Assembly (NCBI GenBank): GCA_964433025.1 | Contig: CAYSPV010000002.1 | Location: 3,677 to 67,676 of the forward strand | From: an uncultured Staphylococcaceae bacterium | Lineage (GTDB): Bacteria > Bacillota_I > Bacilli_A > RFN20 > CAG-826 | DNA length: 64,000 nt | Direction of reading: 5' to 3' | Shown: piece after piece, positions 40,185 to 51,500 of the stretch | How the letters are laid out: each line of letters begins with the position of its first letter | Numbering within the stretch: the first letter of the stretch is position 1 | The notes under the pieces: generated by a model | The model's input: the letters and a program-made list of their open reading frames with translations, nothing else | What the model was told of the DNA's origin: nothing | Database searches by the model: none | Translations under genes and position numbers: made by a program

Positions 40185-42447
40185 CGCTAGTAATTACCTC
40201 CTCTTTAATTTCTTTTTTATAATCTTTGTCCTTAACAAAACAGACATCTTTAAAACTGCAATATTTACAACCATCAACATCACTAGTGTGTATAGGATTA
40301 ATATCAAAGATATTATTTCTTATTTGATTATCTAATTTGTTATAAGATGCATCTGCGATTTTAATATATTCTTTTAATGATTCTTCATCTTTAGTATTTG
40401 CTTTTGTAAATACATTCGCAGAAAACTTAGTTAAGAATGTTTCATCATTAAGAGATACACCACTTAACTTATAATATTTTTCATCTCTTAATTTAACTTG
40501 ATCAAAAATGCTTTGATAATAAATTCCACCTAGTTTTATATCTTTAAGATCTTTTAATTGTTCATCAGAATTTTTAGCTTTTTCTAATAAATAAGCATAA
40601 GCAGGTAATTGTAATCCTAAATCATATTCAAATAGTTTTTCTTTTAAACTTTCAGAACTAGTTTTATAGTCAATAATTACATAATATTGATTATTAATAA
40701 TCATTAATTTATCTACATAACCTTTAAGGTTTGATTTAGGATTTTCTAATGTAGTTTTATATTTTTTTTCTAAATAAACTTTAGGATTATTAATATTATT
40801 AAAATGTTGTTTATTAAAATTAAAAACATCTTCTATTCTAGTTTTATTACCATTAATTAACATTTTAGTTCTATCATCTAAAACATAGTCATCACATTCT
40901 AAAGCCATTTGATAACAGGTATTAAAATCATCATTTAGATTTTTAAATTGATATTCATATACTTTATGAACAAAACTTCCGATGTCAGCAGCGCTATTAG
41001 AGCTTTCATCACCTATATTTAAAACTTTATCTAAATAATATTTGAAAGGACATTCAGCGTATTCCTTAAGTGATGAATAGGAATAATATAGTTCACTATT
41101 TTCATCATAAATCTTAAAAGATTTAAAAGTATTATCAAATGAATTGTATTTATAATCTAATACACTTCTATAGGTGTTTAGATAAGGAGAAAAAACATTT
41201 AAAGAACTGTTAATGTCTTCTAATTTAGTGGCACTATTAAGGGAGGCATTATAACTATAATCATGGTCTAAAGGATCTTTTATGTATATTTGTTTAAAGT
41301 TGTTACTACTAGCAATAAATGATAAATAGAAATTCTCAGTATAACTTTTCATAGCAAATGAAAAATAAAAATTATTATCGCTAGCTAAGAAATTATAAAG
41401 AGAATATCTTAATTCTTCACTTTCATCTTTACTCGTAGCGATGTCTATTTTTTCTTTATCACTATCAAAGATAATATCATCATCAGATTTAACTTTTGGG
41501 TAATTATTTTGATCAAAGCCTATACAGAATATATGTTTATCACTTACATTAATTTCATCATTAATAATAGTAATCGCCTTATCATAAATATCATTTCTAT
41601 AAGGAGTATTTAAAACATTTTTATATACATCAATTTGTTGACTTACATTTAAGAAATCATAGGTATTACTTTCAATGATATTTTTAAATTTAATTAAGAT
41701 ATCTTCATCAATATTTAAACCATCTAATTCTTTAAAACATAAATTGATATCATTATTTTCTTTATAGTCTGTTATAAACTTTTTAACAAAACCTAAATTG
41801 ATAAAGTTATCACTAGCAAAATTATTAAGTTTGATATCATACAATTTTGAATAATAATCAAAATAAAATTTATATGAATCACGATATCCATAAATATAAA
41901 TATCATTAATATCTACACCTTCTTTTATAAGGTCTAAAATCTTAACAAAAAGAAAGTGAGCTTCATTTTCTAAAGTATCATAAATATAGACGGTTTTATC
42001 CACTAATGAGGGTTCTTTTTCATCAGCGGTTTTATTTAAAATATCGTCAATTTGAAGCTTTTTAAGTAATTTTTGCAAGAATTTATCATCTTTTTGATAA
42101 CCTATAATTTCTATATCTTTACCTTTAAAAACTTCTTTAGCAAATTCATCATATAAGAATAAATTATTCTCTTTTATAAAATCATAATATTTAGTTAGTT
42201 CCCCTACTTCATTCTTATTAGATTCATCTAAATACCTAACAAGTTTTGCATATCTAGAAGCGCTTGAATAAGATATATTAAATTGTTTCATTAATCTAAC
42301 TATCGTATCTTTTTTAACTTTAGGATATAAAGCATTTATTAAATCTTGTTTACTAAAAATAGATACATCAAAAAAAGGATCATCTTTACGATAAAAAGAT
42401 ATTAAATTTTCTTTAAAGTTATTAGGGGAAATAATAATTTTTGTCAT
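40177..42447 (-). CDS. addB: AddB/RexB-like nuclease subunit, short form
   Basis: C-terminal PD-(D/E)xK motif (GYVDKLMI...VIIDYKT) flanked by the AddB-type Fe-S staple cysteines (AECPFKYY ... GCKYCSFKDVC). Overlaps addA by 8 nt. Confidence 0.8.
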   Translation of the reverse strand: MTKIIISPNNFKENLISFYRKDDPFFDVSIFSKQDLINALYPKVKKDTIVRLMKQFNISYSSASRYAKLVRYLDESNKNEVGELTKYYDFIKENNLFLYDEFAKEVFKGKDIEIIGYQKDDKFLQKLLKKLQIDDILNKTADEKEPSLVDKTVYIYDTLENEAHFLFVKILDLIKEGVDINDIYIYGYRDSYKFYFDYYSKLYDIKLNNFASDNFINLGFVKKFITDYKENNDINLCFKELDGLNIDEDILIKFKNIIESNTYDFLNVSQQIDVYKNVLNTPYRNDIYDKAITIINDEINVSDKHIFCIGFDQNNYPKVKSDDDIIFDSDKEKIDIATSKDESEELRYSLYNFLASDNNFYFSFAMKSYTENFYLSFIASSNNFKQIYIKDPLDHDYSYNASLNSATKLEDINSSLNVFSPYLNTYRSVLDYKYNSFDNTFKSFKIYDENSELYYSYSSLKEYAECPFKYYLDKVLNIGDESSNSAADIGSFVHKVYEYQFKNLNDDFNTCYQMALECDDYVLDDRTKMLINGNKTRIEDVFNFNKQHFNNINNPKVYLEKKYKTTLENPKSNLKGYVDKLMIINNQYYVIIDYKTSSESLKEKLFEYDLGLQLPAYAYLLEKAKNSDEQLKDLKDIKLGGIYYQSIFDQVKLRDEKYYKLSGVSLNDETFLTKFSANVFTKANTKDEESLKEYIKIADASYNKLDNQIRNNIFDINPIHTSDVDGCKYCSFKDVCFVKDKDYKKEIKEEVITSDE

Positions 42448-42462
42448 AACAAAATTATTATA

Positions 42463-43941
42463 TCATATCTTAAATTTAATTGTGGCCTTAACTGCAGCTT
42501 TCCAACCTTTATATTTTTCCTTGGCCACTTTTTTGGACATTATAGGTTTATATTTATTAGCCTGATTATAACAAGATGATATTTCTTCTAAAGAAGAATA
42601 ATAACCAGAGGCTAGACCCGCTAAATAGGAGACACCTAAAGCGGTAGTTTCTATACATTTAGGAAGAGTAATATCACAATTTAAAATATCAGATTGAAAT
42701 TGCATTAAATAATTATTTGCGGTAGCACCACCATCAACTTTTAATGATTTAATATTAATTCCAGTTTCTTTAATCATTAAATCAATAACATCTTTACATT
42801 GATAGGCTATAGCTTCTAAACATGCTCTTACAAATTGATATTTATTAGATCCTCTAGTTAGACCAAATACAGCCCCTTTTGCATCATCTTTCCAATAAGG
42901 TGCGCCTAATCCTGTAAAGGCTGGAACAACATAAATTCCATTTGTATCATTACATTTATTAGCGTATTCTTCACTAATAGATGCACTTTTAATAATATTC
43001 ATTTCATCTCTTAACCACTGAATTAAAGCTCCACCTATAAATATAGAACCTTCTAATGCATAATAAGTTTTATCATTTATTTGCCACGCTACTGTGGTTA
43101 GCAATCCATTTTTAGATAATATTGGTCTTTCTCCAATATTAGTAAGCATAAAACAACCTGTGCCATAGGTATTTTTACATTCACCAGGATTAAAACATGT
43201 TTGACCAAATAAGGCAGCTTGTTGATCACCTGCTACACCACATATTTCTACATTATTTGAAAAGAAAGAAGCTTTTCCAAATTTATAAGATGAAGGTTTT
43301 ACTTCTGGAAGCATTGACATAGGAATATTAAATAAATTACATAATTCCTCATCCCATTTCATATCATAGATATTAAATAAAAGAGTTCTAGAAGCATTGC
43401 TTACATCAGTCGCATATATACTTCCTTGACTCATCTTATACATAATCCATGTATCAATTGTACCTACGAGTAGTTCGTTATTATCCGCTTTTTGTTGACC
43501 ATCATAAATATTATCTAGAATAAATCTAATTTTAGATGCTGAAAAATATGGATTAATTAATAATCCTGTTTTTTGATGAATAAACTGTTTTTTATCTTCT
43601 AAAGCATCACATATATCTTTAGATTGTCTTGATTGCCATATAATTGCATTATAAACAGGTAAACCTGTTTTTTTATCCCACACTACTACTGTTTCTCTTT
43701 GATTAGTTATACCTATAGAATCAATATTGTTTATTGATAAATTTGCTTTAACTAATACTTCATTAACAACATCAATTACTGATACCCATATTTGTAAAGC
43801 ATCAGATTCTACCCATCCAGGTTTTGGAAAATAACATTTAACTTCTCTTTGAGCAGTAAACAAAGCTACTGATTGTCTATCAAAAATTATAGCTCTAGTT
43901 GATGTTGTACCTTGATCAATAGCAAGTAGGTATTTTTTCAT
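42463..43941 (-). CDS. glpK: Glycerol kinase
   Basis: MKKYLLAIDQGTTSTRAIIF, GITNQRET and VDGGATAN motifs. 492 aa. Confidence 0.96.
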   Translation of the reverse strand: MKKYLLAIDQGTTSTRAIIFDRQSVALFTAQREVKCYFPKPGWVESDALQIWVSVIDVVNEVLVKANLSINNIDSIGITNQRETVVVWDKKTGLPVYNAIIWQSRQSKDICDALEDKKQFIHQKTGLLINPYFSASKIRFILDNIYDGQQKADNNELLVGTIDTWIMYKMSQGSIYATDVSNASRTLLFNIYDMKWDEELCNLFNIPMSMLPEVKPSSYKFGKASFFSNNVEICGVAGDQQAALFGQTCFNPGECKNTYGTGCFMLTNIGERPILSKNGLLTTVAWQINDKTYYALEGSIFIGGALIQWLRDEMNIIKSASISEEYANKCNDTNGIYVVPAFTGLGAPYWKDDAKGAVFGLTRGSNKYQFVRACLEAIAYQCKDVIDLMIKETGINIKSLKVDGGATANNYLMQFQSDILNCDITLPKCIETTALGVSYLAGLASGYYSSLEEISSCYNQANKYKPIMSKKVAKEKYKGWKAAVKATIKFKI

Positions 43942-43944
43942 AAA

Positions 43945-45207
43945 TTATTTTTCCTTTGTAAGTTTAACAATATTTTCTATTTCATATATTTCTTTTGGAA
44001 TTGATCTAGATAATACTTCACAACCTTCTTTAGTAATTAAAAGATCGTCTTCAATACGAACTCCAATACCATACTTTTCAAAATATAAACCAGGTTCACA
44101 AGTAATAACATTACCCGCTTTTAAGGGAAGATCTCTATCTCCTACATCATGAGTATCTAAACCTAAATGATGAGAAACATTATGCCAGTAATATTTGTGG
44201 ACATCCTCATCTTTATCTATTAGACCTAGTCTAGGTAATTCGCTTTGATAATACTGGACAACTTTATCATTTAAATCTTTTAAAGTTACCCCTTCTTTTA
44301 CATATTCAATTACCATCTTATTAGCGTACAACACAGTATCATAAATTAATCTTTGAATTTCATTAAATTTACCACTTACAGGATATGTACGAGAAATATC
44401 AGCACAATATCCTTCATGTTTATAACCTAAATCAAATAAGATCATATCATTTTCTTTAATGATTTCATTTAGTTCTGAATAATGTAGATATGTTGCGTTT
44501 TTACCACTTGCCACGATTGTGTCAAAGGCTAAAGGTGCTCTTTGTTTATCTAAACCATAAAAAGCAAAAATATTAGCGAGTTGATATTCCTTTTTATTAG
44601 GTTTTAAATGCATAAGCATTTGATTTATACCGTGTTGAGTTAAATCAATTGCCTTTTTTATTTGTTCTATTTCATATGTTGATTTAATCATTCTTAAAGA
44701 AGAAATAAGAGGTTTAACATCTTTTATTTCTATATTTGGAGATAACAATTTTAAATGTTCAACATATTTATCAATAAATGTCTCTGGACCTACTTTTAAT
44801 TCTTTGCTTTGATCTATATAAATAGTTTTAATATGTCCAAAATGATTAGAATTAGAATCAAGCGCAAACACTAGTTTTGATTGAAAAACATTATTAGTAA
44901 GTACATTTTTAATTTCACTTAATAATGATGCTTGTTCAACAGATAATCTTTTTCCAATCCATTTTTCTTTTTTTTCATCTCTTTCTTCAATAAAAAGATA
45001 AGTTTTAATTTCTCCTGGTTGTTTTATCATAAATAAACAAGAATTTTCTTGTTTAATATTAGTTAAATAATAAAAATTATTATTTACTTGAAAAGGATAA
45101 TTTTCATCTTCACTTTTTATTTTTGAGATACCGCTGTGAACTAAGACGAGTGACCCTTCAGGTATTAATTCTAATAATTTTTTTCTTCTATTTTCAAATT
45201 CTGGCAT
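43945..45207 (-). CDS. pepP: Xaa-Pro aminopeptidase/dipeptidase (M24B)
   Basis: Pita-bread metal ligands DLGYKHEGYCADISRT, HHLGLDTHD and VRIEDD. Confidence 0.88.
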   Translation of the reverse strand: MPEFENRRKKLLELIPEGSLVLVHSGISKIKSEDENYPFQVNNNFYYLTNIKQENSCLFMIKQPGEIKTYLFIEERDEKKEKWIGKRLSVEQASLLSEIKNVLTNNVFQSKLVFALDSNSNHFGHIKTIYIDQSKELKVGPETFIDKYVEHLKLLSPNIEIKDVKPLISSLRMIKSTYEIEQIKKAIDLTQHGINQMLMHLKPNKKEYQLANIFAFYGLDKQRAPLAFDTIVASGKNATYLHYSELNEIIKENDMILFDLGYKHEGYCADISRTYPVSGKFNEIQRLIYDTVLYANKMVIEYVKEGVTLKDLNDKVVQYYQSELPRLGLIDKDEDVHKYYWHNVSHHLGLDTHDVGDRDLPLKAGNVITCEPGLYFEKYGIGVRIEDDLLITKEGCEVLSRSIPKEIYEIENIVKLTKEK

Positions 45208-45223
45208 TTATATTTCCTCTTTT

Positions 45224-45598
45224 CTATTTTATTAAATTAACTACTTCACTTGCGCTTTTTACATATGTTCTAAGAAGTTTAGAAGCCCCAAGTTTTATGC
45301 CTCCAAAATATCTAACTACTATTAGTATAACTCTATTTAGATTTTTTAGATTTAATATTCTTAATATTGGTTTACCCGCTGTACCTTTAGGCTCATTATC
45401 ATCACTAGATTTAGCATATCCATCATAAACATAGGCATAACAATAATGAGTTGCATCTTTATATATATTTTTAATTTCTTCTAATTTATTTTTATAATCT
45501 TCAGGACTATTAAGTGGAATTAAAATAGCAATAAATTTAGATTTAGACTCAATAAAACTAGATTCATATCTATTATTAATTTCCATATTAAGAGCCAA
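45224..45598 (-). CDS. yigZ: IMPACT/YigZ family protein, N-terminal UPF0029 domain only
   Basis: SKFIAILIP..., DDNEPKGTAGKPIL and VVRYFGGIKLG motifs. 124 aa with no C-terminal DUF1949 part. Confidence 0.75.
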   Translation of the reverse strand: MALNMEINNRYESSFIESKSKFIAILIPLNSPEDYKNKLEEIKNIYKDATHYCYAYVYDGYAKSSDDNEPKGTAGKPILRILNLKNLNRVILIVVRYFGGIKLGASKLLRTYVKSASEVVNLIK

Positions 45599-48500
45599 TA
45601 GAGCTAGTTATTTTATTTAAATATTCGTGAGTGGATTGACCATAAGATTCAAATCCAATACCAGAATCACCATTATATGTAAATAGATCATTAATATCAC
45701 TAATTCTAATACAAGGTTCACCATAAAGAGTTTCTAATATTTCATTATCTAAGAAAGCGCTAAATAAAGAATGTAATCTAGATACATAAATAACACTAGC
45801 TAGATAAGAATTAGCCTTAGCCACTTCTCCATCATCTGTAATATATTCATATTCCATATTAGCCATGTTTTCACTGATTGAATCAGCATTATAACTTGTA
45901 TAATCAACAGCATCAGGATCATATAAACTTAAAATAGCATCTAACCCTTTAGCCTCATTAGCGTTTAATAAATCATATGAATCAGGCGTTAATTTACTAT
46001 AAACATCTATAGTGTAATCATTAATGTAATTATTATATTCATCCACTCTAAAGTATTGAATATTGCTTTCATTAAGATTATATCCATTGTCTTCAATATT
46101 ACTAACTTCATTACTAACAATATCTTCTAATAATGAGGCTACAACTTCACTAGATAGATACGCTCTATGTGAGTATTCTTTTCCATAATCTTCTGCATCA
46201 ACATCTACGACTTGAGTTAAAGCTAATATTGAATTAACAAGAGTGTCTTTAACACTCTTAATAGAGCTCATCTCAGTTATATCAAACTCTGAATCACTAA
46301 CAAACAAATTAGCAAAATTAGTAAATATAATATCAAAGGCTTGACCTTCAATATCAGTATCATATTCAAATTCTTCATTATTTATTAAGGTATCAAGTAA
46401 TAAGATTTTATCATCTATTTCTCCACCAGTAATTAAAGAATCTAAACTAGCACTTTCAAATGTGTGATATAAGAATAAAGCATCTACACCTGCAGTTTCA
46501 CCATTGTTTAAGGCGAGCTCTCCCTGATAAATAACAGAGTTATTTAAAAACTTTAAGATAATAGAAGTAGAATTACCTGCTTCAATAAAGGATGTAAAGT
46601 AGTTTTTATCATCATCACTTGTATAATCTAAGTCAAAATAACCTACAAAATTACCCTCTTCATCATAAATAGCAAAGTCATTTAATATCTCTTCTATAAC
46701 AGGTATTCCAGATTCGCCTGCATATATTTCTTGTTGTGATAGTTCTTGCTCACCATCTTCAAAATAATATTGAGCATAAATTACACCATCATATTCAGTA
46801 TATTCTTCAACTTGAATTGTAGATAATGTCGATTGAATATAATTAGGCACGACATCTTCTAATATGTTATTAGCGTTTAATCCTTCTAAAACCTCAGTAA
46901 GTTTTTCAGGTTCCATATTAGGATTATCTAAACTCATGTTAACACCAAAGTTAGTTAAGTTATTATCGTCTGTGCTATCATCATATTCATACATGATTTC
47001 TTTAAGATCTATGATAGTGTCCATAAATGAAGCGATTTCCTCTGCCCAATTGCTTGATCCAGCTTCACCTACTAAACTATCACCATTAACTTCAAAATAA
47101 TAAGACTGATAAGTCATATACATGATATTATGTAGAAGTTTTTTATTAGCACTATCATCATCATCTCCAAATGATTGTAAGTCACTATCTCTGTCGATGT
47201 TATAAATCATATTACCAACACCGATTCTTTCATATACGTAATAAACATAATATTCAAACGTAGTTAATTCGCTAGTATCTTCATTTTTATAACTTCTATT
47301 TTCAATGTCATCTAACGACATATTTAATAAATGTCCTCTATGGAAAATATATGATTGTTCTAAGTTTCCATAAATATCTTCAAAAATGTATAAAACTTCT
47401 CTTAATCTCTCATTAGAAAGGTTAAAGATTTGTCTTAAAATAACATCATCAAATTGATCGTTTAATTCTTTAAATAAATCAATAGAACTGGCTAATAAGT
47501 CAATTTCTCCATAATCTTCTCTATTAAATTCATCTTTTGTAGCATAACGTAATTCATACTTTGGATTATCACCACAAAGATAATAAACATAATATGGATT
47601 AGCATTAGTAAGAGCGTTTCCAAGTTGAGAGGCTAATTCTTGACTTTCTTCTTCAACTTCCTCACTTGAAACTTCTTCAAACATATAGGCTAGTAGGTTA
47701 GGAACACAGTCATATAATAAATCAGAATCATTAAAAGCATATAAGGTTTCACTTAATGCGGCAGATGAAACAAAATCAGCGTCCGCACTGATATTTGAAG
47801 CATCAACAATTTCCCCAGTTTCTGGATCAATAAGTAAACCAACATAAGTTGGATAATCTTCAGGTATTTCTTCATCACCGTATTCATCATAAATCGTTGC
47901 AAAATCTTGATAGCCACCCACTAAAGAGGATAAACAATCCATAATTCTATGGATTTCATCTTCTTGTTCATTAAACTCTTTTTCATCAGCGTCATAAGCA
48001 AATAAAAGATTAATATTATAATCAATCTTTTCATCAAAATCTTCGTAGTATACTCTATATTCACTAGATTGATCCTTGCTTCTAACATCTTCAGAATAAT
48101 AATAACTTTCAAATCCTTCCGTGCTGATAATTTGATAAATTAAGCTTTGGAAAACAGTTAGGTCTGATCCACTTGTACTATATTTAGACACTCCTGCTCT
48201 ATGTAAAACATAAGATTGATTAACAGTTACTAATGTCTTATCTAATAAGACTAAATTGTTTTTATCTTCTACGATTGCATCTACATCATCTATATCATCA
48301 CCTAATGTAGAAATAGCATCATAAACTTCTACAATATATTCAATTTCATCTGCTCTATCATCTACTGTGGTTGTTTCTAATTGCATATATTCAGCATTTA
48401 AATTAGATAAATCAAAAGCATTACCTTCAAAACTATCTCTAATCATGACAAAGACATGATATAAAGGCATTCTTAATATTTCTATATCATTTAACGCTAA

Positions 48501-51500
48501 TAGCATGCTTTCTAAATTTTCAGAAGGGACCGCACCATCTAAGAAGGCATCAGAAATATTTGAATAACTTTCTCCTGTAGCTTCTTCTGAAGCTTTTGTA
48601 GCCTCATTCATTTCATATATAAATTTACAAATCTTAGATACATAATCCATGGAATAAAAATCATCATAATATTGAGCGTTTATTAAATCATCACCTGATA
48701 AATCTCCATATTTTTCTAACCATGTATCAGAACACCAATCATCTTTATCAGCGTTATCACTTAAATATAAACCATCATTATAAATAACCTGAAAATCTTT
48801 TTGAGCATTTTCATAAGTTAATTCTTCACCTTCATAAGAAGGATCACTTAATAAATCCATATCATCGGTTAATGATGATTCTAATTTTTGATATAAGAAA
48901 GCGTTAAAATTATAATTATCATCATTTCCAAATAATCCTGAATTAGATAAGGCGTGTAATAAGAGATTTAGACCTGCAGTGTTATTGATATTCATAATAT
49001 CAAAATCAGTTAAAGAAATACCTATTTCTTGAATAGAATTACAAATAATAGCAAAGTTTTTACCCTCTGCTGCCCAATCAGTAACATTAGTAAATGTTTG
49101 ACCTTGAGCTTCATTAATTAAACCTAAAGCAGGATCATCTAATGTTGAATCTAAAAATTGTCCAAATGTTGCACAGAACACCGCGGAGTCATTAACCGCA
49201 CTAAACATGCTAGATATTTCAAAATCACTTTCTAAATAACCGATGACACCGTCTATATCACCGCCATCAAGTAAAGCTTCAAATAAGGTTTGACCATAAT
49301 ATGGTGAACTCCTATTCGTGCTAGTCACTCCTAATGATCCAATAACTTTAGCAATATAGCCATTTTCACCATCTAAAATAGGTTGACCATACATATCTAA
49401 AATATATTCACCATTTAGCCTAGAATTAGCCCAGTTATGTTGACCTATTCCATAACTTGTAGGATACAATCCTACAACATCTTCTTTAAATTCAAATCCG
49501 TCAATTAAAGCACTTCCATCATTAGAAGATTCAAAGATGTAATTTAATAAAGTAAAGTAATTGTTTTCTAAATCATCATCATAAAATTCTTCATAAGGAT
49601 TAATAATTTCAGATTCAAATACTGTATCTAATAAATTAGCAATACTAATATAATCACTAGCAATATTTCCTATCTTTTGAGCATCAGTTAATGATGTATC
49701 ACTTAAACTATCTAAAATATCTAATGAGCTAGAAATATTTAATAAATTTGCCACTTCTTCACCTAAATTATCAACATCTAAATTTAAATCATCGCTAGTT
49801 AAACCAATACTATTTAAAGCATTACTAACAGAAGCATTATCTACAATTAAACTTTTAATAAATGGTTTAACTACACTGGTAAGTAATTTAGAAGTATCCA
49901 CTAGAGGTAATAATTCTTGTAAACCACTTATTAAAGAATCATTGTTTAATATATCATCACTCATGGAATCACTATTGTTAATTAAATTAACAATCTCATC
50001 ATTTCCAAACATTGATCCTACAATATTTAATATAGCGTTAAATTCTTCTTTAACTTTAATTCTAAAATCAGTTCCACTTAATAATTCATTAAGCGTGTCA
50101 GTAACTGTGGAAGTATCTATTTCAATTTCATATCCATCTAATAAAGAGACAATAGAATTAAATAAAGTATTTGATAAATACTTAAATATATTCGTATCAA
50201 ATAAATTGTAATGAGCGTTATTCACTCTTTCACCATTTACATATACTTGACTAATACCATTTTCATCTACGTTTATTAGATTGCCATCACTATCAAATTC
50301 ACCTACTAAAACATTTTTAAATGTTTCTAAATTGCTAGCAAGAATACTCATTATATCTAATTCATCATCTTCTTCTTCATCACTTTGAAGTAAAACCGTA
50401 CTATTAGAGGTTGTATCTAATATTCCAGTAAATACAGATATTAATTCTGAGTTAGCGCTGTTTAATCTATATAAACAATCATAAATAATAGATAATTCTT
50501 GTCCCCAAGAAATAGAATTTAATTCTGCCCAACTAGTAGGAAGCATATTAGCTAATTCTTCATTAGATTCTGCTGCTAAATATATAACTGCAGGTATAGC
50601 TCTAGAAAGTAAAGTAGAATCATCAATTCTATTTAAAGCAGACATAATATATGAATAAGAACTAGGACTTGTAATAGAATCTAAAATAGAAACAACATCT
50701 AATTCTGAAGTATCTTTGATACTTCCATCATCATTAATATAAGCATTTACGATGCCACTATTAACGATATCAATGACCATTGATTCTAAATTAACAATTT
50801 CACTAGACCAATCAGTGTCACTTAAATTTAATAAAGATGTATCAACATATTGAGTTAGTAATTCAGAGTTAAGCGCTATTTCTAAACATAAAGGTAAAAT
50901 GTAAGTGAATATATTAGAATTGTTTAAGCTAGTAAACATATTGCTTAAAAATGATTCACTAATGATATAGCTTAAATCCACATATGTTGTACCATCACTA
51001 TCACTTGTAAAAGCTTCTAATATTGAACTACCTACATTGCCTAAATTATTTAAAGTATTAATTAATGATTCTTGACCTTCCCCAACAGTGACTGTTAATA
51101 CTGTAGATAAAAATTGTGAATCTAAAGTTAATCCTTGATCGTTAACTGTCCAATTAAATAAAGTTTGAGCAAGTATTGAATTATTATATGTATCTAAAAA
51201 CGATGTTACTGTAGTAATAACTTCATCATCAGATGTATATTCAGATTGTCCTATGGTTTGATTGGCTATATTAACTAAAGATGAAAAAGGTGATAAAAAT
51301 AAACCAACACAGATTATAAAGTTAACTGCATTAGTGAATAACGCTATTACCTTTAACTTAGCGTTCTTTCTTCCAAATTTTGCAAAGAATCTCTTAAAGA
51401 TTAATTGATATAATAACATGCCTATTAAATTTCCAAATATAGCAATTAAGATAACCTCTATTAGCATGATTACATAAACAATAATCATATTTGCTAATTG

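Noticed and set aside
47921-48112. 63-aa same-strand ORF nested in another frame of the giant gene.
   Set aside because: It is K/I/L/M-rich low-complexity sequence with no RBS, and it is fully contained in the 6.3-kb ORF. It is most likely a chance open frame.
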